Part shown: piece after piece, positions 62,097-64,000 of the stretch
Layout of the letters: each line of letters opens with the position of its first letter
How positions within the stretch are numbered: the first letter of the stretch is position 1
Assembly (NCBI GenBank): GCA_030390025.1
Contig: CM059425.1
Span: 172,796,001-172,860,000, forward strand
Direction of reading: 5' to 3'
DNA length: 64,000 bases
From: Squalus acanthias
Lineage: Eukaryota
Translations under genes and position numbers: made by a program
The notes under the pieces: generated by a model
Told to the model about the DNA's origin: nothing
The model's input: only the letters and a program-made list of their open reading frames with translations
Database searches by the model: none

Positions 62097-63214
62097 CAAA
62101 AAGAAAATACTGCAGATGCTGGAAATCCGAAATAAAAACAGAAAATGCTGGAGACGTGTCCGTTCTATCTCCCGCACTTCTGCCCTCACCCCTGCCCCTC
62201 CCTCCCGGAACCACGACAGAGTTCCCCTTGTCCTCACCTTTCACCCCACCAGCCTCCACATTCAACGGATCATCCTCCGCCACCTCCAGCATGATCCCAC
62301 CACCAAACGCATCTTCCCCTCACCTCCCCTTTCAGCATTCCGTAGGGACCGCTCCCTCTGCGACACCCTAGTCCGCTCCTCTATCACCCCCAGCACCCCT
62401 TCCCCTTCGCCCGGCACCTTCCCGTGCAAGCGCAGGAGATGCAACACATGCCCTTATACCTCCCCCCTTCCCACTGTCCAGGGCCCCAAACACCCCTTCC
62501 AGGTGAAACAGTGATTTACTTGTACTTCTTGCAATTTAGTATACTGTATTCGCTGCTCACGATGTGGTCTCCTCTACATTGGGGAGACCAAACGCAGATT
62601 GGGTGATCGCTTTGCGGAACACCTCCATTCAGTCTGTAAGGGGGACCCCGAGCTTCCGGTCGCTTGTCACTTTAATTCTACGCACCACTCCCACTCAGAT
62701 CTCACCGTCCTCGGCCTCTTGCATTGTTCCACGGAAGCTCAGCGTAAGCTCAAGGAACAGCACCTCATCTTTCGATTAGGCACTTTACAGCCCTCTGGAC
62801 TCAACATAGAGTTCAACAATTTCAGATCATAACCTGGCCCCTATCATATATATATTTTTTATCCACACTTTTTGTTTGTGCCTTTTGTTCTTCTCTCCCA
62901 CATGGCAGCTGTCTTTCATTCTGCCAGCGCAATTCACACTTCATCCAGAGCCATCCTTTGTTTCTTAACCTGTCCCATTACCATCTCCTTTTGCCTTGAA
63001 TATCTCTTAATGTCTCTTTAATTCTCCTGCCTTTTATCCTATCACAGGCCTTCCCTTTTGTTCTTTCATCCCCTCCCCCATTTCCCAGCCCCTATACTTG
63101 CTTTAAATCTATTTCATTTCCTGCTTTTTTCCAGTTCTGACGAAAGGTCATCGACCTGAAACGTTAACTCTGTTTCTCTCTTCACAGATGCTGCCTGACC
63201 TGCTGAGTGTCTCC
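62097..63214 (+). mobile_element. 5'-truncated Penelope-like retroelement: GIY-YIG endonuclease, pLTR and short inverted pLTR piece at the 5' end
   Basis: CKRRRCNTC Zn-knuckle; LVYCIRCSRCGLLYIGETKRRLGDRFAEH...HF...E..LI..LGTL.P.GLN (internal stop at 62512-62514); 17-bp direct repeat AGCATGATAATACTGTA at 62080-62096 and 63215-63231. Confidence 0.92.
63133..63169 (+). ncRNA. Minimal type I hammerhead ribozyme motif in Penelope pLTR
   Basis: AGUU-CUGACGA-A-AGGUC(AUC)GACCU-GAAA-CGUU-AACU: intact CUGANGA/GAAA core, stem I AGUU/AACU, stem II and palindromic AACGUU stem III. Confidence 0.78.
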
Positions 63215-63469
63215 AGCATGATAATACTGTATATGGTAGCTGAAGTAACTGAGTGAACACAAGATGATTATTCACCATGTTTTTCAACCCAAGGAATAAG
63301 ACCATGTTATTTAATGGCAAACCATAGAATAACATTGTGATCAGATTAGTATTTCAGCCCCATTCCCAGCAACTCATTAGCCACAATATTGAGATTCCTT
63401 TGAACTGGAACCAGGATATACATTTGGGCTGTTGGAGCGCCAAATATTACACAGGCTGGTCAGAGAACT

Positions 63470-63630
63470 CATAAAGATGTTGGGTCAGTTTAAATTTTCA
63501 AGACCTAAGATTGATCATTTTTTGTTAGGTAAGGGCATCTAGGATGTGGAGTTGAGGTACAGATTAGCCTGATTGAATGGCGGAACAGGCGCCAGTGGTT
63601 CAATAGCTTACTCCTGTTCCTATGTTCTTT
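63470..63630 (+). mobile_element. Degenerate CR1 3' tail
   Basis: gattgaatggcggaacaggc...tactcctgttcctatgttct. Confidence 0.6.
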
Positions 63631-63807
63631 TTATTTATTTTTCTCAGGAGAAAAGTCAAATTATGTCTCTGTCCATAAGTGTTTCAGTTTGTGTGTGCTA
63701 CTTGAAAATGATATACAGACTATCCAATGAATTTGAGTTGGTTTTCAACTAAACTTTTGAATATAAGCAGGCTTCTGACACAGGGTCGTAATGTTAACCC
63801 TACCCTG

Positions 63808-63868
63808 CTCTTTCTACAGATGCTGCCTGACCTGCATAGTATTTCCAGCATTTTCTGTTTTTATTTAA
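63808..63868 (+). mobile_element. Penelope pLTR fragment lacking the hammerhead core
   Basis: acagatgctgcctgacctgcatagtatttccagcattttctgtttttattt, the same family as 63180-63218. Confidence 0.65.
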
Positions 63869-64000
63869 GAGGTATGCGAGTAGGGAGAGGATAGCAAATT
63901 GGTTTGAAGGAAGAAAACGGAGAGTAGGAGTTAAAAACAGTTTTTTTTTTTAAAAGAGTAGTTGGAAGTGGATAGTGGTGTTCCACGGGATCAGTTCTGG

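Noticed and set aside
49582..64000. Next mannosidase exon (IQPR...KLPLQANxYPM)
   Set aside because: Acceptor-like sites near 60869 and 63648 do not translate to GH38 sequence; the exon probably lies beyond the window.

Overview
Eukaryotic, vertebrate genomic DNA, most likely from a cartilaginous fish (inferred from its DeuSINE/SacSINE1-like SINE and shark-type CR1, L2, Penelope and Harbinger repeats). The only host gene is a + strand Golgi alpha-mannosidase II (GH38; most like MAN2A1). Five consecutive internal exons with GT-AG boundaries and compatible phases lie at 5538-5703, 7081-7311, 11378-11500, 32267-32381 and 49448-49581. The rest is intron filled with transposable elements: many CR1 LINE fragments nested up to four levels deep, two L2 LINEs, a Tigger/pogo transposase pseudogene and its MITE, several two-gene PIF/Harbinger elements (spliced Myb/SANT gene plus convergent DDE transposase) and their MITEs, a hAT MITE, and Penelope-like elements whose pseudo-LTRs carry minimal hammerhead ribozyme motifs. 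Most notable: sense-strand hammerhead motifs inside the gene's introns, a 102-bp-arm fold-back palindrome, a palindrome-rich MITE family with a compensatory change, and a Gly-to-Asp change in the conserved TDLNG motif. There are no prokaryotic features, and I found nothing I can call a wholly new system. All alignments were done by eye.
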